64,000 nucleotides of DNA from Octopus vulgaris. Lineage: Eukaryota. The position numbers were made by a program, and so were the translations under genes. Positions within the stretch are counted from its first letter, which is position 1. Every line of letters starts with the position of its first letter. Below, piece by piece: positions 27,323 through 42,764 of the stretch. The notes under the pieces are model-generated. The model ran no database searches. It had not been told where the DNA came from and saw nothing but the letters and a program-made list of their open reading frames with translations. The stretch covers positions 172,050,001 through 172,114,000 of the forward strand of contig OX597817.1 of assembly GCA_951406725.2 (NCBI GenBank), read 5' to 3'.

Positions 27323-28395
27323 GTACATACACACACATATACATACATACACACACAAGTACATATACATACATACATACATACATACATACATACATAC
27401 ATACATACATACATACATACATACATACAAACGTACATACATACACACATACATACATTAACTGGTCAACAATATATCTTACTGACACGTTGTGACAAGT
27501 TCAATTATTTTACCATTACAGCTTTTGGAAGTCAATCAATTGTTCTTGACAATAAATCAATATTTGATGAATATAGAGTTCGTTTTGCAGTCGCAAAACT
27601 CAGGTCATTCTGTGAAAATAACGTCTAATATCTTTGGACTCCAATCCAATCAAGAACCCTTCCTAACGACCAAGACCGACATCATGTTGCTCTCCATGAT
27701 ACAAGTCTTTCAAAGGCTATCCATAATCCATCTCTGCTGCCTTGGCTATACAAATCATTCAAACTGCATTCTGAAAGGTAATGTCAGCATGTAGCATACA
27801 AGGGTGTACTGTAAAGTTTCTGGTTTTGGGTAAAAGAAAGTACAGGAGAATCAGTTAATTATGATTTTATTCAACATATTCCCCTCTCAGATTCGCACAC
27901 TTATTACAGAGGTCCTTCAGATTTTCTAAACCCTGTAAAAGAATTCGGACGGTTGGACTTCTAACCAGGCCTTTCGCGATACCTTTAAAGGTAGGGACTC
28001 TTCCGTTCTCCGAACTTCTCGATCTACCAGCACATCGACCCTAGCTCTCTCTGCATTGTGAACATTTATCTCACTCCACAAAGTTATCGTTCTCAGTGGT
28101 ATCAATACTGACAACTTTTAGCTCTCAGAGTTCTTTCGTATAGATTTGCCGCAGTAGAAACTGAATACAGGAATGCAAATATAGTTATGTTCACAAGCAC
28201 GTAATTTCGGATTCCATCCTACTGCACAGCGTTTTGTGGAAAATGGAGAAATAAGTACTGGAGTAGATCTGATCGACAAAGAAAACCCCACAAGCCTGTA
28301 TGCCAGCATGGCTGCAGTCCAATGACCGAGACAAGTAAGAGTAAAACAAAGGCAGTTGTAAACATCGTGGTCACAAAAAAAAGATCGAGCGATAT

Positions 28396-28552
<157 letters not shown>

Positions 28553-29688
28553 CGTCATTGCTCTTTAATTTACATTTAACAGTTCGAGGTGAAATTGTAT
28601 TTATAGCTACTATTATAAAGTACTTAATAAGATCGAATACACCGATTTGCATATTTGACACTTTCTTGAATACTTGTTCTATGAAATATATTTACTGGTT
28701 CATTAATAGTGTTGTTGATGTTATGATATGCTACAGAATAAACACAGATTTTTGCTACAGAATAATGGCATATATTAACACAATTTTAATGTGAATAAAA
28801 AGGTAGGGATTGGCTGCACTCTGGATTCGATTGTCGTTAGATTCTCATCAGCGGTCATTTCTTTCACTCATAACTGTTTACAATGAAATTATAATTCTTA
28901 TTACAATATTTTGTTCATGCATACTACATAATCCAATCTTTTTCACTTACGCGTTAGAAAATTTTCACACAAAAATCATAACTAGTGGATCTCCGTCGTT
29001 CAGCATGGGGGATTTAGTTGTTCAATCAACTGAGTTACCTGATCCTGAATTAAGGGACAAATGACTGAGATTTCCACAGACCCGGGTCTCCTTAATGCAA
29101 TTCTAAGGCAGCGGGTTTCAGTGGGTGATAAAGCTGTAACATTTGAGTTACCAGTACAACCTATCCTAAAGGCTTCTCTATACACTTTTCGTCTGGGCAG
29201 TTTCGTTCACAAAGTACGAATCAGCCTTAGAAAATTATATTAATTCCAGGTGCCACGCAATGTGATCGAAAGGAAAAGATTGTGGTTGCAAATCCAACTT
29301 GTTAACACATATGCACATAATGTCGGAATGAGACAAGTGGGCGTGGCTCTTTGGACGCTGACATTTTGACACATTGGACTGGAGATTCAGCTTGGCTTTG
29401 GTGACAGTTCGTTTTAGCACTGGAGGCAAACACGCTCACAAATGTACCAACAAAAATATACATCTATTAAGAGTGAGTGACAGATAGAAAGAGATATAGA
29501 GAGAAAGAGAGATAGAGAGAAAGAGAAAGATACTAGACATACTTAAAAATATAACTAAATGCACTCACTCATACAGAGACAGAGAGAGACAGACAGACAG
29601 ACACCTGCCCAAGTTGCCATGCAGTGGGTCTGAACCCAAATTCATGCGGCTGGGAAGCAAACTTGTTACTTCACATCTACATATGTAC

Positions 29689-29728
<40 letters not shown>

Positions 29729-29828
29729 TAAAATTAAGTGTATATACTACGCAGAGTAAGGTTGGCAAAATTTCGGAGAAAATCCTTCTTCAGAGTCGAA
29801 GCTAATACTGAAATCAGAAATATTTTGT

Positions 29829-30106
29829 CGTGACCCGTCTTTTCGTCCGATGTCACTTTGTCCTACATCACTTCGTTCACGTCTTTTATTCCGACGTCTT
29901 TTTGTCCGATGATGTTTTTTTTGTGCAACGACACTTTGTCCGATTTTAAATAAACTCTTTAGAAAACAAGGTGAACATAAAAATCAAATAATCATTGAGA
30001 ATTTTATTGACAGGATTTGGTGTTGGACAAAAAGAATCATCGGACAAAAAAGACGTCGGTTGAAAGACTTTTGACGCATTGACATCGGACGGAAAGACAT
30101 AGCACC
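29829..30106. mobile_element. Foldback-type MITE with subterminal repeats
   Basis: Repeated GTCTTT(T)GTCCGATG on the left is mirrored by CATCGGACAAAAAGAC on the right. Confidence 0.6.
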
Positions 30107-30233
30107 ATATTTTGTATCCTCTGAGCGACTCGAACCAAATATCAGCAAACACGGAGCAATGTCAGAGTTGATGGATATTTAACTCTGTTTGTTAGTCACG
30201 GTCTCACACCACGTGGGTTCGACTTGGCAATAA

Positions 30234-32396
30234 CACAACGTAACAATTTTCAAAAAAAAATTTGTTTATTGTATTTTTTTTTGTTTATCAATCCAATTTT
30301 TCTGCTGATTCCAAAAATGAAATCATTTTTTGTGTATCATCAACAGTTAAGAAAATACTTTCAATATTATTGTGTATTCGGTATTGTTATAATATTCCGC
30401 TACTAAATGTATGTCTAATTTTCCCTTTTAGACCAATTACTAAGTTCTGCTACTTTCAGGATGGCTACTAGAGTATGTAAAAATTCTCCAGATACATTTT
30501 GCTATGCGTGTGGTTATTATATTGGAAAAAAGCAAGAATTACATAAGATCGTGAAACGTGCCAAATTGTGGAAAGCCTACAGACTAGGACAAACCATGGG
30601 CCCCACATGTGATATGTGGAAACTGTTGATCAACTCTAGAAGGATGGTTAAGAGGTACAGGAAGGTCAATGCCTTTTGCCATTCCAAGGGTATGGAGAGA
30701 GCCAAAGAACCATCACGATGACTGTTACTTTTGTATGATCGATGTAACAAAGTACAGAAAAGTGAAAGGAAGACAAGCTCTTCAGTATCCAGACATACCA
30801 TCATCTAGAGCACCTGTCCCACATAATGACAGTTTACGAGTACCACTACCACCAGAAAATATTCCAATTGAAGAGTCAACAAGTAGCAGCAGCCAAGAAA
30901 TGGAGGAAGCTTTCGTACCAAGAACTACTTCGGAATCTCGCTTTCCAAATCAGAGTGAGCTAGATGATTTAATCAGGGATCTGGGTCTTACTAAGTTAGG
31001 AGCTGAACGTCTTTCATCAAGGTTGAAGGAATGGAATCTACTGGGGGGAAGATTGAAAGACATCTCTGTACTGGAAACGCCATGAAGAATTTGAAATTTA
31101 CTCTGAAAATATTGATCTGTGTTATTGTAAAGATGTGATTTGTTTGTTTACTGCTATTGGACTCAAGCATGATTCTGCAGAATGGCAACTGTTCATAGAT
31201 AGCTCAACACGAAGTCTCAAAGCAGTGTTGCTTCACAATGGAAATAAATATCCTTCTTTGCCGCTTGCACACTCCAATGTCAAAGAACTTCTCGACAAAA
31301 TAAATTACGCTGAGTTCAAGTGGGATGTTTGTGGTGATTTCAAGATACTTGCCTTCTTGCTTGGCTTGCAAGGGGGATACACAGAGTATTCATGTTTCCT
31401 TTGCTTATGGGACAGCAGAGTTGATGATGATCATTACAAGAGAGTACATTGGCCCCCATGAGTGGAACTGCAGCCAGGAATGTTAAATCTTCTCAAACAG
31501 CCACTAGTAGATTCCAACAAAATCTTATTACCTCCACTTCATATCAAACTCGGATTAGTAAAACAGTTTGTGAAGACCTTAGATTTTAGAGGAGAAGCTT
31601 TTCAGGAAATTTGTCTCATGTTTCCAAAGCTATCTGAGGCTAAGATCAAGGGTGACATATTTGTTGGGCCCCAAGTAAATGCAATGTTAAAGTCGAAGAA
31701 ACTGGATAGAGCGATGACAAAAGATGAAAAAGAAGCTTGGTGTGCATTTCGTGATGTAGTTCGTGGATTTCTAGGAAATCACAAGGATCCTAATTACAAA
31801 CAGCTGGTAGCAAAGCTTATTGAAAACTTCAAGAAAATAGGTTGTCGTATGTCCTTAAAGGTTCATTTCTTGCACTCGCACCTAGATTTTTCCTCGAAAA
31901 CTTGGGTGGTGTCAGTGAGGAGCATGGTGAAAGATTTCATCAGGACATCGCAACTATGGAAAGAAGATACCAAGGACGATGGGATACTGCTATGATGGGA
32001 GATTATATATGGTCTCTAGTCAGAAGAGATGCAGGTATACACTCCAGGAAATCTCGATCGTCAAAGCACTTCTCATCTTAAGAAAAGAGTCATCAAGGCA
32101 TTTACAGTGCAGAGTTTTATTGTTTCTTTTTGTTCTAATATTATACTTCCTACATACCTTTCAATAAATGAAAAAGTATTAAATGTTGTGTAATTATCCT
32201 TACAATACTAGAATAGATTGAACCAACAAAGTGCCGTAGAGAAAAGCTACAAATATAACGAGAAAATATGAAATTAGGAATAAATAAATAACTATCGATG
32301 TTACGTCAAAATGAATGTGATTTTTGAATTTAGTGGTAAAAAATGCATATATGAACATAAAAAAATACAAATAAACAAAACATGAGTTAAATGGTG
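30234..32396 (+). mobile_element. Full-length, decayed Chapaev3-like DNA transposon
   Basis: TAA|CAC...GTG|TAA with imperfect TIRs flanking a transposase pseudogene. Confidence 0.85.
30461..32081 (+). pseudogene. Chapaev3-type transposase with frameshifts and stops
   Basis: CKNSPDTFCYACG, WREPKNHHDDCYFC, LFIDSS..SLKAVLLHNGN, VCGDFK, LPPLHIKLGL, HSHLDF and SEEHGERFHQ. Confidence 0.9.
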
Positions 32397-32544
32397 TAAT
32401 TAAGAAGTTTCATGATTGAAAACATGATATGAATGTCTGGGAAAGAACTGTGAATCACCATCTGATACGAAATAAGTATTAACATACTCCGTGTATTCAG
32501 TGTTGTTTCTTTCATTTACCCATGACTACATGATATACATATGA

Positions 32545-32614
<70 letters not shown>

Positions 32615-32646
32615 GTGCATGTATATGTATGCGTATACATATACAC

Positions 32647-32692
<46 letters not shown>

Positions 32693-32850
32693 TCTTTTAC
32701 TCTTTTACTTGTTGCACTCATTTGTAAGCCTAGTACTTATTTTATCGGTGTATTTTGCCGAACCGCTAGGTTACGGGGACACAAACACACCAGCATCGGT
32801 TGTCAAGCGATGTTGGGAGGACAAACAACGACACACAAACATATACACAC

Positions 32851-32918
<68 letters not shown>

Positions 32919-33109
32919 GACTGGCTTCTTTCAATTTCCGTCTACCAAATCCACTCACAAGGCTTTGGTCAGTCCGAGGCTATAGTAGAAGACACTTGCC
33001 CAAGATGCCATGCAGTGGGATTGAACCTGGAATCTACATATATATATATATATATATATTACAATGGAATAATTACTATGAAGCATTGTGTAGAATATAT
33101 TGTATAACA

Positions 33110-33273
33110 GATCGTGGGTAAGGCCAAAACAATGCGAAGGAAATGCAAGAAAAGAAATATGTGAATGAATGTAGACTTACCTTGTATTCAATATTTCGGG
33201 GTTATGACCCCATTTTCAAGAAAATGATTTACCTTGCTGTTCTTTCGCATTGTTTTGGCCTTACACACGATCT
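33110..33273. repeat. Inverted repeat (about 40-bp arms) enclosing a U3-A8 hammerhead variant (33186-33223, minus)
   Basis: Arms GATCGTGGGTAAGGCCAAAACAATGCGAA / TTCGCATTGTTTTGGCCTTACACACGATC. Minus strand inside: TTC-TTGAAAA-tGGGGT(cata)ACCCC-GAAATATT-GAA. Confidence 0.7.
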
Positions 33274-33525
33274 TTTATATATATGTATATATATATATTA
33301 ATCAATTTAGGGTAGTAAAAAATTCGATAGAATTGTATGTATATATATATATATATATCAATAATAATAAAGGGTAAAATTAATTAATTAATTAGTAATT
33401 AATAATTTTACCAAGCAGTGTTTTGTATGTTAAAAGGACCATTATGGATGGTTTGTCTGAAGTTACTCAAATCAGATAGGTATGTTCGATTTTTAGTGCT
33501 CTCAAATTTAATGTTACTGAAATCT

Positions 33526-33606
33526 TTGTGCTGATGACGGGAATGTTGGAATAGGGATGTATTTCTAGCATTTCTATATCTAACTAACACAGAAACGCGT
33601 TCATAA
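33526..33606 (+). ncRNA. Type I hammerhead motif with extended domain II
   Basis: TTGTG-CTGATGA-[hairpin GGGAATGTTGGAATA/TATTTCTAGCATTTC]-GAAAC-gc-GTT-CATAA; proximal stem II pairing is unclear. Confidence 0.65.
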
Positions 33607-33790
33607 GTAATCAAATACCGGGTGAACTTTCCATATTTTTCCCTCTATGCCTACGTGAATTGTTTTGAGTATACACTGTCTGAGAGGTTCTTCTTATAGT
33701 AGAAGAAATAGCTAAATTCTTTGGCTGCTATTTCTAAAAGTTCGGTATGTTGGAAAGCAAATTTTTTTGCTGAGCCCTAATTATATAAAG

Positions 33791-33835
<45 letters not shown>

Positions 33836-33841
33836 GTATAG

Positions 33842-33976
<135 letters not shown>

Positions 33977-35016
33977 AAATGCATACTTATATGTATATAT
34001 AGCAACAAGCAAACATACGTACTCTATTATTCACTCACATATAAGCACAGCTGCCAGAAGCGGACCCCATAAAAAAAAGAGAGAAGAAGATGAGCGAGTG
34101 AGGGAGATAGATGGATAGAGTGAGTGAGAGAGAATGAACGAGAAAGAGAGAGAGAGAGAGTGAACGAGAGAGAGAGAGAAAGAGTGAACGAGAGAGAGAG
34201 AGAGTGAACGAGAGAGAGAGAGAGTAGGGAGAGAGATTACATATGCTTACATTATACAAGTATATGGTCGAGTGTATGTTTACTCGTATTTGCCTGTATG
34301 AGAAATTTATTTAGCAAATACCATATCTGCGTGTGTAGTTGTGTGTACGTGTGCATGTCTGTGCAGGCGCGCGTGTACGCGTGTTTTAACATGCAGCAGA
34401 TAGAGAGGAGAACGAGGATTACTATTTTTTATTCTAAAAAAATAGTTATATATTTTCATTAAAATCAACTAAATATTCTTTACATAAACTGATTCAACGA
34501 TTCCCATAACGACCAGCGCTTCCATCGCAAAATATCGACGAACAGAGTTCTTAAGCCTGAATCAACACTGTAAACAAGCAGACGACAAGCAACAGGTGTA
34601 AAATAAGTCACGTTTTATGTACAAATTCTCAGATTTTGAGCAATAACAGCAACCTGCATTGGCAAGAATTTGAAAAGAAGAAAATAAATTCAGCAAAAAA
34701 TAGAAAAAAAAAAACGAATTATTTTGTCGATTTATAAGAGAAAAGAATGCTGAAATTCAACCATTTCATGCAACCTGAGCTGGAATGAATAGCTAGAGTA
34801 AAACGTAAAACAATATTTTAATCAATTTTAAGCAATTTAATTGTTGATTTTTTTCTTTTTTTATTTATTGGAGTGGAGTTTAGATATCATTTTGAAAATG
34901 AACCATTTTTCTTCAATTAGACATTAAATTAAAGGCAATATATTAAACACTCTCTTTTGCAATGTTAGATGTTCTGCTATTAATTTTTCATTTCTTTTAG
35001 TGCGTTTGTTTGTTTA

Positions 35017-35065
<49 letters not shown>

Positions 35066-35216
35066 GAGAGAAACAGACAAGGACAGAGAAGAGGTAGAGA
35101 CCGGAGAGCAGGTGAATTTTACTTTCTTAATGTCAAAAATTTCGTCTTTAGAATGAACAATTCCGTTGTAGGTTACATGAATCTCTTTCTCTCTCTCTCT
35201 ATCTATCTCTCTTTCT

Positions 35217-35250
<34 letters not shown>

Positions 35251-35281
35251 TATGTAGGGCTGTATATAGATAAGTAAATAT

Positions 35282-35367
<86 letters not shown>

Positions 35368-35595
35368 ATAGATAAACATTCACACAAATGCGTATTTATT
35401 GTGTAAGCGAGCAGTGGTACAGTTGTAGAACGCCTGTCATGTCTATAGGAGATGTTGGTTCGTGTACAACGAACAGCGTTCGACATTTTCTTCTATCCAA
35501 AAGAGTCTTTCAACCTCTTATTTGCATGCTGTTATCTACAGCTTTAAATATATTTGGGGATTCAGTTCCGATAATAGTCGTTTTGTATTCTCTTG

Positions 35596-35637
<42 letters not shown>

Positions 35638-36163
35638 GTCCCCCACCACCACTCCATTAAATCTGCCTAAATGCATAAATACCAGAACTTATTTTGACAG
35701 CCAACTTCCTGAAGATTTCATCTGAATGAAACAGTTCTAGTCCTGTAGAAGCTCCTTCTATAAAATAAGATATATATATAGATCGATAGATATACAATAT
35801 AAATAATATATAAATATATGCATACATACATATATGTACATACCTACATATATATGTATATATGCATGCATATATGGGTACAGGACATCAAAAGAGCGTT
35901 TTGAGGCTATAGTAAAAGACACTTGACCAAGGTGCGACGCAGTGGGACTGAAGCGGGAGCCATGTTGTTAGTAAGCAAGCTACTTACCACACAGCCACTC
36001 CTGTATATATATATACTGTTGTGTCTGGGGAGAGTCATTCTCATTTAGCGACTTATAATTTAACACAAGGACAAGTATGGAGACACACGTCCACACATAT
36101 GGAGACACACATCCATACATACAAATACAGTACATAGTCACAAAAACCCATACACACACACTG

Positions 36164-36206
<43 letters not shown>

Positions 36207-36263
36207 CAATCATCGTCACCCTCATCAATAGTAGAAGTAATAGTAATTGTTATAGTAGTTGTT

Positions 36264-36620
36264 GTACAGTTCTATATTTAAGAGATGAGGAATTATGCAC
36301 ATTATTTACATTATTTGACGGATATTTGTCCTCCTCTTGTTTGTTTCGGCTGATATACTATCCAGCCTTCATGAAGTGTCTTGGGGAAATCCCGAAACTT
36401 GGTTCTCATTCCTAAGTTATTTTTCGATGTTGTTGTTGTTGTTGTTATTATTATTATTATTGTTGTTATTATTATTATTGAGTGAGAGAGCAGTGCATGC
36501 CATCAAAGTGACACTGGGGTAAAATATACGAAGCCCAGTATACCCATCATGACTACCAGTCTGATAAAGGTACACCGCGCACATGCATCACAACCATATG
36601 TGCGCGACATGGTGATCTCA

Positions 36621-36711
<91 letters not shown>

Positions 36712-36788
36712 TTATTATTATGGTAACTGCTTGGAATCGAACTTGGAATCTTGGGGTTAGTAGCCCGCGCTCTTAACCAAGTAGTGAC
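36264..36788 (-). mobile_element. tRNA-headed element with (AAT)n spacer and decayed hammerhead tail
   Basis: Head TGGTTAAGAGCGCGGGCTACTAACCCCAAGATTCCAAGTTCGATTCC at 36722-36788; tail 36264-36430 is homologous to 38741-38897. Confidence 0.6.
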
Positions 36789-36791
36789 GAC

Positions 36792-37616
<825 letters not shown>

Positions 37617-38621
37617 AAAACTGCGGCCTTAAATATTCTGAATGATAAATGGCAAGAAAAACCTCTCTATGGCAAATACCCAAAGAGAGCAAATAATGCA
37701 GATGTTGACAAAGCCCTGACCCATCAATGGCTAATGGCCACTGGCTTAAAATCTGAAACAGAAGGGTTTATCATAGCAGCTCAAGATCAATGCCTACCAA
37801 CAAGAAACTACCAGGCCAACATATTTAAAGAACGGCAGTAGCCCAACATGTCGTGTATATCGACAACAAAATGAAACCATTGATCATGTTGTCTCCAAGT
37901 GCAGTCTTCCAGCGCCTAGAGAGAATCTCAACAGGCATGATAGAGCTGCACAATATATTCACTGGGTAATTTGCAAAAACCTGGATTTGCCCCATGAAAA
38001 AAACTGGTGGGAACAAAAACCACCTCCAGTGCTTGAAAATGACCACATCTCACTCCTCTGGAACTGGCAGAAAGATAGATGCAAACTGACAGAAAGATAG
38101 ATGCAAATAGGCCAGACATCATATTGAAAGACCTCAGTCAAAGAATATGCCTCCTCATTGATATGACTGTCCCAATCGATATAAACGTATCTGTCAAGAC
38201 CTACCAAAAACTGAGCAAATATAAAGATCTTGAAATAGAAATCAGCAAAATGTGGAACCTGAAAACTAAAACAATACCTGTTGTCATAGGTGCCCTGGGA
38301 ATTATAGCGAAAGGGGCTGGTTTCTACCTAAGTCAGATACCAGGAAACCCCAAAATGGCAGAAATTCAAAAGATAGCGCTCATTGGAACTGCTCATATAC
38401 TTTCTATGTAATCTCAGAGTTTAAAACAAACATAATTTTCGGGGGGGGTTTTTTTTTGGGGGGGGGGGGACATTCACTAGTACAACACCTCCCCCAAAAA
38501 ACCAAATGTATGGCACACTAGGCATAACTACAACATGAACTTCCAACCTGTTGTCTCTTGAGGTCTCTGGGTGAGACTTGGAGCCAACTTGTACAAATAT
38601 AAAGCAAAAGTCAAACATAGA
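37617..38621 (+). mobile_element. R4/Dong family B 3' fragment, frameshifted (tail copy at 42530-42622)
   Basis: KWQEKPLYGKY, GLKSETEGFIIAAQDQ, NRPDII..IDMTVP..KLSKYKDL; ends in (TAA)n. Confidence 0.9.
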
Positions 38622-38622
38622 C

Positions 38623-38700
<78 letters not shown>

Positions 38701-38788
38701 TGATGATGATAATAATAATATTAATAATAACAACAACAACATCGAAAAATACCTTAGGAATGAGAAACGAGGTTCGAAATTTCCCTAA

Positions 38789-38834
38789 GACACCTGATGA
38801 AGACTGAAGGGCATATCAGCCGAAACGTTGTGTT
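38789..38834 (+). ncRNA. Minimal type I hammerhead ribozyme motif
   Basis: GACAC-CTGATGA-aGaCTGA(agggcata)TCAGcC-GAAACGTT-GTGTT. Confidence 0.8.
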
Positions 38835-39423
38835 AACAACAAACAAGACGAGGAGAAATATCCGTAAAATGTAAATAATGTAAATAATGTAAATAACGTT
38901 GTTGTTGTGAGGGTGTGTTTGTATTTGTTCTTTGATTTCAGATGAACATTGACAAGCCTGGGTTACAATTAACATCGTTCCACACATGACCATACAGTTT
39001 TATATACATGTGTGTGTGTGTGTGTGTATGTGAGAAACAGAGAGAGAGAGAGAGAGAGAATGTGTGTGCATGTGTGTGTGTGTGTATTGCTCAATATATC
39101 CTTTATTTACGACCGTTCGGCTGAATTTTGTAACTCTTCATCTAATCGTCACAATAATTCCATTCTGTAAGTTATTTTTAAGAATGCAACTTCGGTAACG
39201 ACACCAGTTTGGCCACTAAAAAACAAAACAAAAATTACAGAAGTGCACCTAAACGAAATCACACAATTCTAAGCAATGTTACATGGTCACATAAGTCCCC
39301 AGGGAGGGTTACATTGACCATCTTGTATATGATTGCTGATCATGCGGTTCTCTCCTTTTCTTCATTTTTTAATTTTTTTTTTTTGCCAGCGAGAAAAACT
39401 GTGTTGACATATACCATATGTAA

Positions 39424-39821
39424 TCTTTATATATAAAAGAGAAGTTGTGTGTCTGTCTCCTACGATTTAGATTCCTAACTACTCCCACATTTTGAGGTGC
39501 AGTTTAACCAAAACCGGGTATCTTATAGTCGTGATTCATATCGAGCCCTTCTGGGTATTAGCGCGCGTCTACGATGAGTCTACGATTTTAAAAAGATTTA
39601 CCATCATTTTTTTCCATTTTAATTAATTTTTTTCGCTATTATATAAGGGAAGTAACTCTCTAAAAATGTCTACAATGAGTCAACGATTTTAAAAAAAAAA
39701 TACCATCATTTTTTTTCCATTTTTAATGAATTTCTTTGCTATTTTTTGGCTAGAACTCTCTAAAAATGCTTATATAGTTATTTCCCTTACAAACCCGAGC
39801 AACGCCGGGCGATACTGCTAG
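39424..39821 (+). mobile_element. Non-autonomous Helitron-like element
   Basis: A|TC...CCCGAGCAACGCCGGGCGATACTGCTAG|T with an internal tandem duplication. Confidence 0.8.
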
Positions 39822-39871
39822 TATTTCATACAATCAGAAAATTGCTTCTGTAATTTCCCGTTCACACATGC

Positions 39872-39947
<76 letters not shown>

Positions 39948-41605
39948 ATGCGAGAGAGAGAGAGAGAGAGTGTGTGTTTATTTTGTTTTCCTTCTCTGAG
40001 TAAGGGTTTCGAAATATTCTGCAATACTAAATGTTCTGCACCGATAGCCTATTTGCTTTTTAAAGAATATCAGAAGATGTGAAGTTTACCCTTGCGTAAA
40101 TACCAATTATTTGGTTGTTCTTTAGCGTTAGGTATTATATTTATTCATTCAGTTATTTATGTGGTAACACGCTAGTAATAAAAAAAACAAACTGTTCCGA
40201 AGTTTGTAAGAATTATGTCTGATTTATTGATTTTCTTTTAGTCCATTAATATATTTATTCTTCCTCGAGCATGTGTGAATTTATTTAGCTAAAGATTATA
40301 TTCTTGAAGAAAAATAGCCAAAGAATTATACATATATATACATATATATATATATATACAAAAAGTGAGAGAGAGAAAGAAGAAAGAGAAAGAGAGAGCA
40401 AATCGAAGTTACTTGTATATTATTATATCCATATCTGTGGATAGAACTCCTAGTTAGTTGCTGTTCAATATGGATGACAAATTCAGTCAATAAACTCTCA
40501 ATTGTCTTTAAAATGGAGACTACATGCTCTAGGGCCATATCTACAGCAGCACAAATATGATCCCATATAATGTTTTTGACTCTCATTTTTATCCAATCAT
40601 TGGCACTTAGTTATAAACCTTACTGAAGACGTTAAATTATATTTTGGCTAAGATAACCCGAAACTAATGAAGAATATGATTCTCTAGGTGAAACTGAGAT
40701 TAGAATAACTTAATTTTTTTCGTCCATCGAAGGTCAATAAACTATGAAAAATTTGTGCATTTTTTATGCGACGAATTGCCAACAGCTACGACATAAATGC
40801 CTAATTGGTGTTATTTTGATAGTGCAAGCGTTGCACCAAAAAAATATGGTTGGTTGCAAATTGTCTACAATCGAAATTTGCTGGATAATCTAAAAATTTG
40901 AAATTAATGGTGCTGCTTACGGCAGAAACCGTTTATGTCTCATGGGATGTATTCACTTTCTTGAAGAAGGGGTCGGCATAATTTTTAGACACAATGAAGA
41001 GTCGTCTGAAAATTTAGGTTTCTAAATTCCATTAATTTTGACATATACTCTCAAAAAATAGATTCCATGTGCTATGATTGCTAAACATATTTTCTCACTA
41101 TATTTATGTTATAACGCACAAAATTTCCAAACATTGATTGTAAAATTTCTTTGTATATTTGAAATAAATTCAGTTCGTCACCGCAATATATTTCCCATGG
41201 CTTTTACTGGTGCTCCTGAGGTGAGCTGGCTAACACAACAGGCGAAATGCTTTGTAGCTTTTCTTCTGGCACTTTATGTCCTGAGTCCAACTAACCTTTC
41301 AGGATCGATGAAATAAGTACCAGTTAAGTATTGAGGTCGATGTAATCGTCTATACCCCTCACCCAAAATTTCAGGCCTTGTGCCTATTATAGAATGAATT
41401 ATTATTATTATTATTTAGGGACTCGATGGCGGCGAATTGGCAGAGTCATTAGCACGTAGACAAAAACACTTGACTGCATTTTGTCTGTTTTTATGTAATG
41501 AGTTCAAATTCAGCCTAGGTCCATTTTGCCTTTCATCCTTTCCGGGTCGATAAAATAAGTACCAGCTGAGAACTGGAGTCGATGTAATCGACTATCTCCC
41601 TCCCC

Positions 41606-41606
41606 A

Positions 41607-41653
<47 letters not shown>

Positions 41654-41747
41654 CAACAACAACAACAATAATAATAATAATAATAATAATATTAATAATA
41701 ATAATAATAATAATAATTATAATAATAATAACAACAACAACAACAAC

Positions 41748-41833
<86 letters not shown>

Positions 41834-41885
41834 CAACAACAACAACAATAATAATAATAATAATAATAATGATGATAATAATAAT

Positions 41886-41923
<38 letters not shown>

Positions 41924-41958
41924 CAACAACAACAACAATAATAATAATAATAATGATG

Positions 41959-42021
<63 letters not shown>

Positions 42022-42072
42022 GCAACAACAACAACAACAATAATAATAATAATAATAATATTAATAATAATG

Positions 42073-42163
<91 letters not shown>

Positions 42164-42209
42164 CAACAACAACAACAATAATAATAATAATAATGATGAT
42201 AATAATAAT

Positions 42210-42253
<44 letters not shown>

Positions 42254-42302
42254 CAACAACAACAACAACAATAATAATAATAATAATGATGATAATAATA
42301 AT

Positions 42303-42340
<38 letters not shown>

Positions 42341-42353
42341 CAACAACAACAAC

Positions 42354-42430
<77 letters not shown>

Positions 42431-42473
42431 CAACAACAACAACAATAATAATAATAATGATGATAATAATAAT

Positions 42474-42526
<53 letters not shown>

Positions 42527-42533
42527 CAACAAC
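41606..42533. repeat. (AAT)n/(AAC)n compound array with higher-order periodicity
   Basis: Recurring block (AAT)n-(AAC)5-7-(AAT)n-(GAT)0-2-..ATT. Confidence 0.95.
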
Positions 42534-42627
42534 ATGAACGTCCAACCTGTTGTCTCTTGAGGTCTCTGGGTGAGACTTGGAGCCAACTTGTCCAAATATA
42601 AAGCAAAAGTCAAACATAGAATAAACA

Positions 42628-42762
<135 letters not shown>

Positions 42763-42764
42763 GA

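Noticed and set aside
29829-30106. CRISPR-like short repeats
   Set aside because: Irregular spacing, inverted orientation and a eukaryotic context fit a foldback element.
36722-36788. tRNA gene
   Set aside because: The acceptor stem is incomplete, so it is treated as a SINE head; the same applies to about 35408-35480 and the SINE A-D heads.
40613-40690. CTGAAGA..GTTA/TAAC..GAAAC hammerhead-like string
   Set aside because: No convincing helix III or cleavage triplet.
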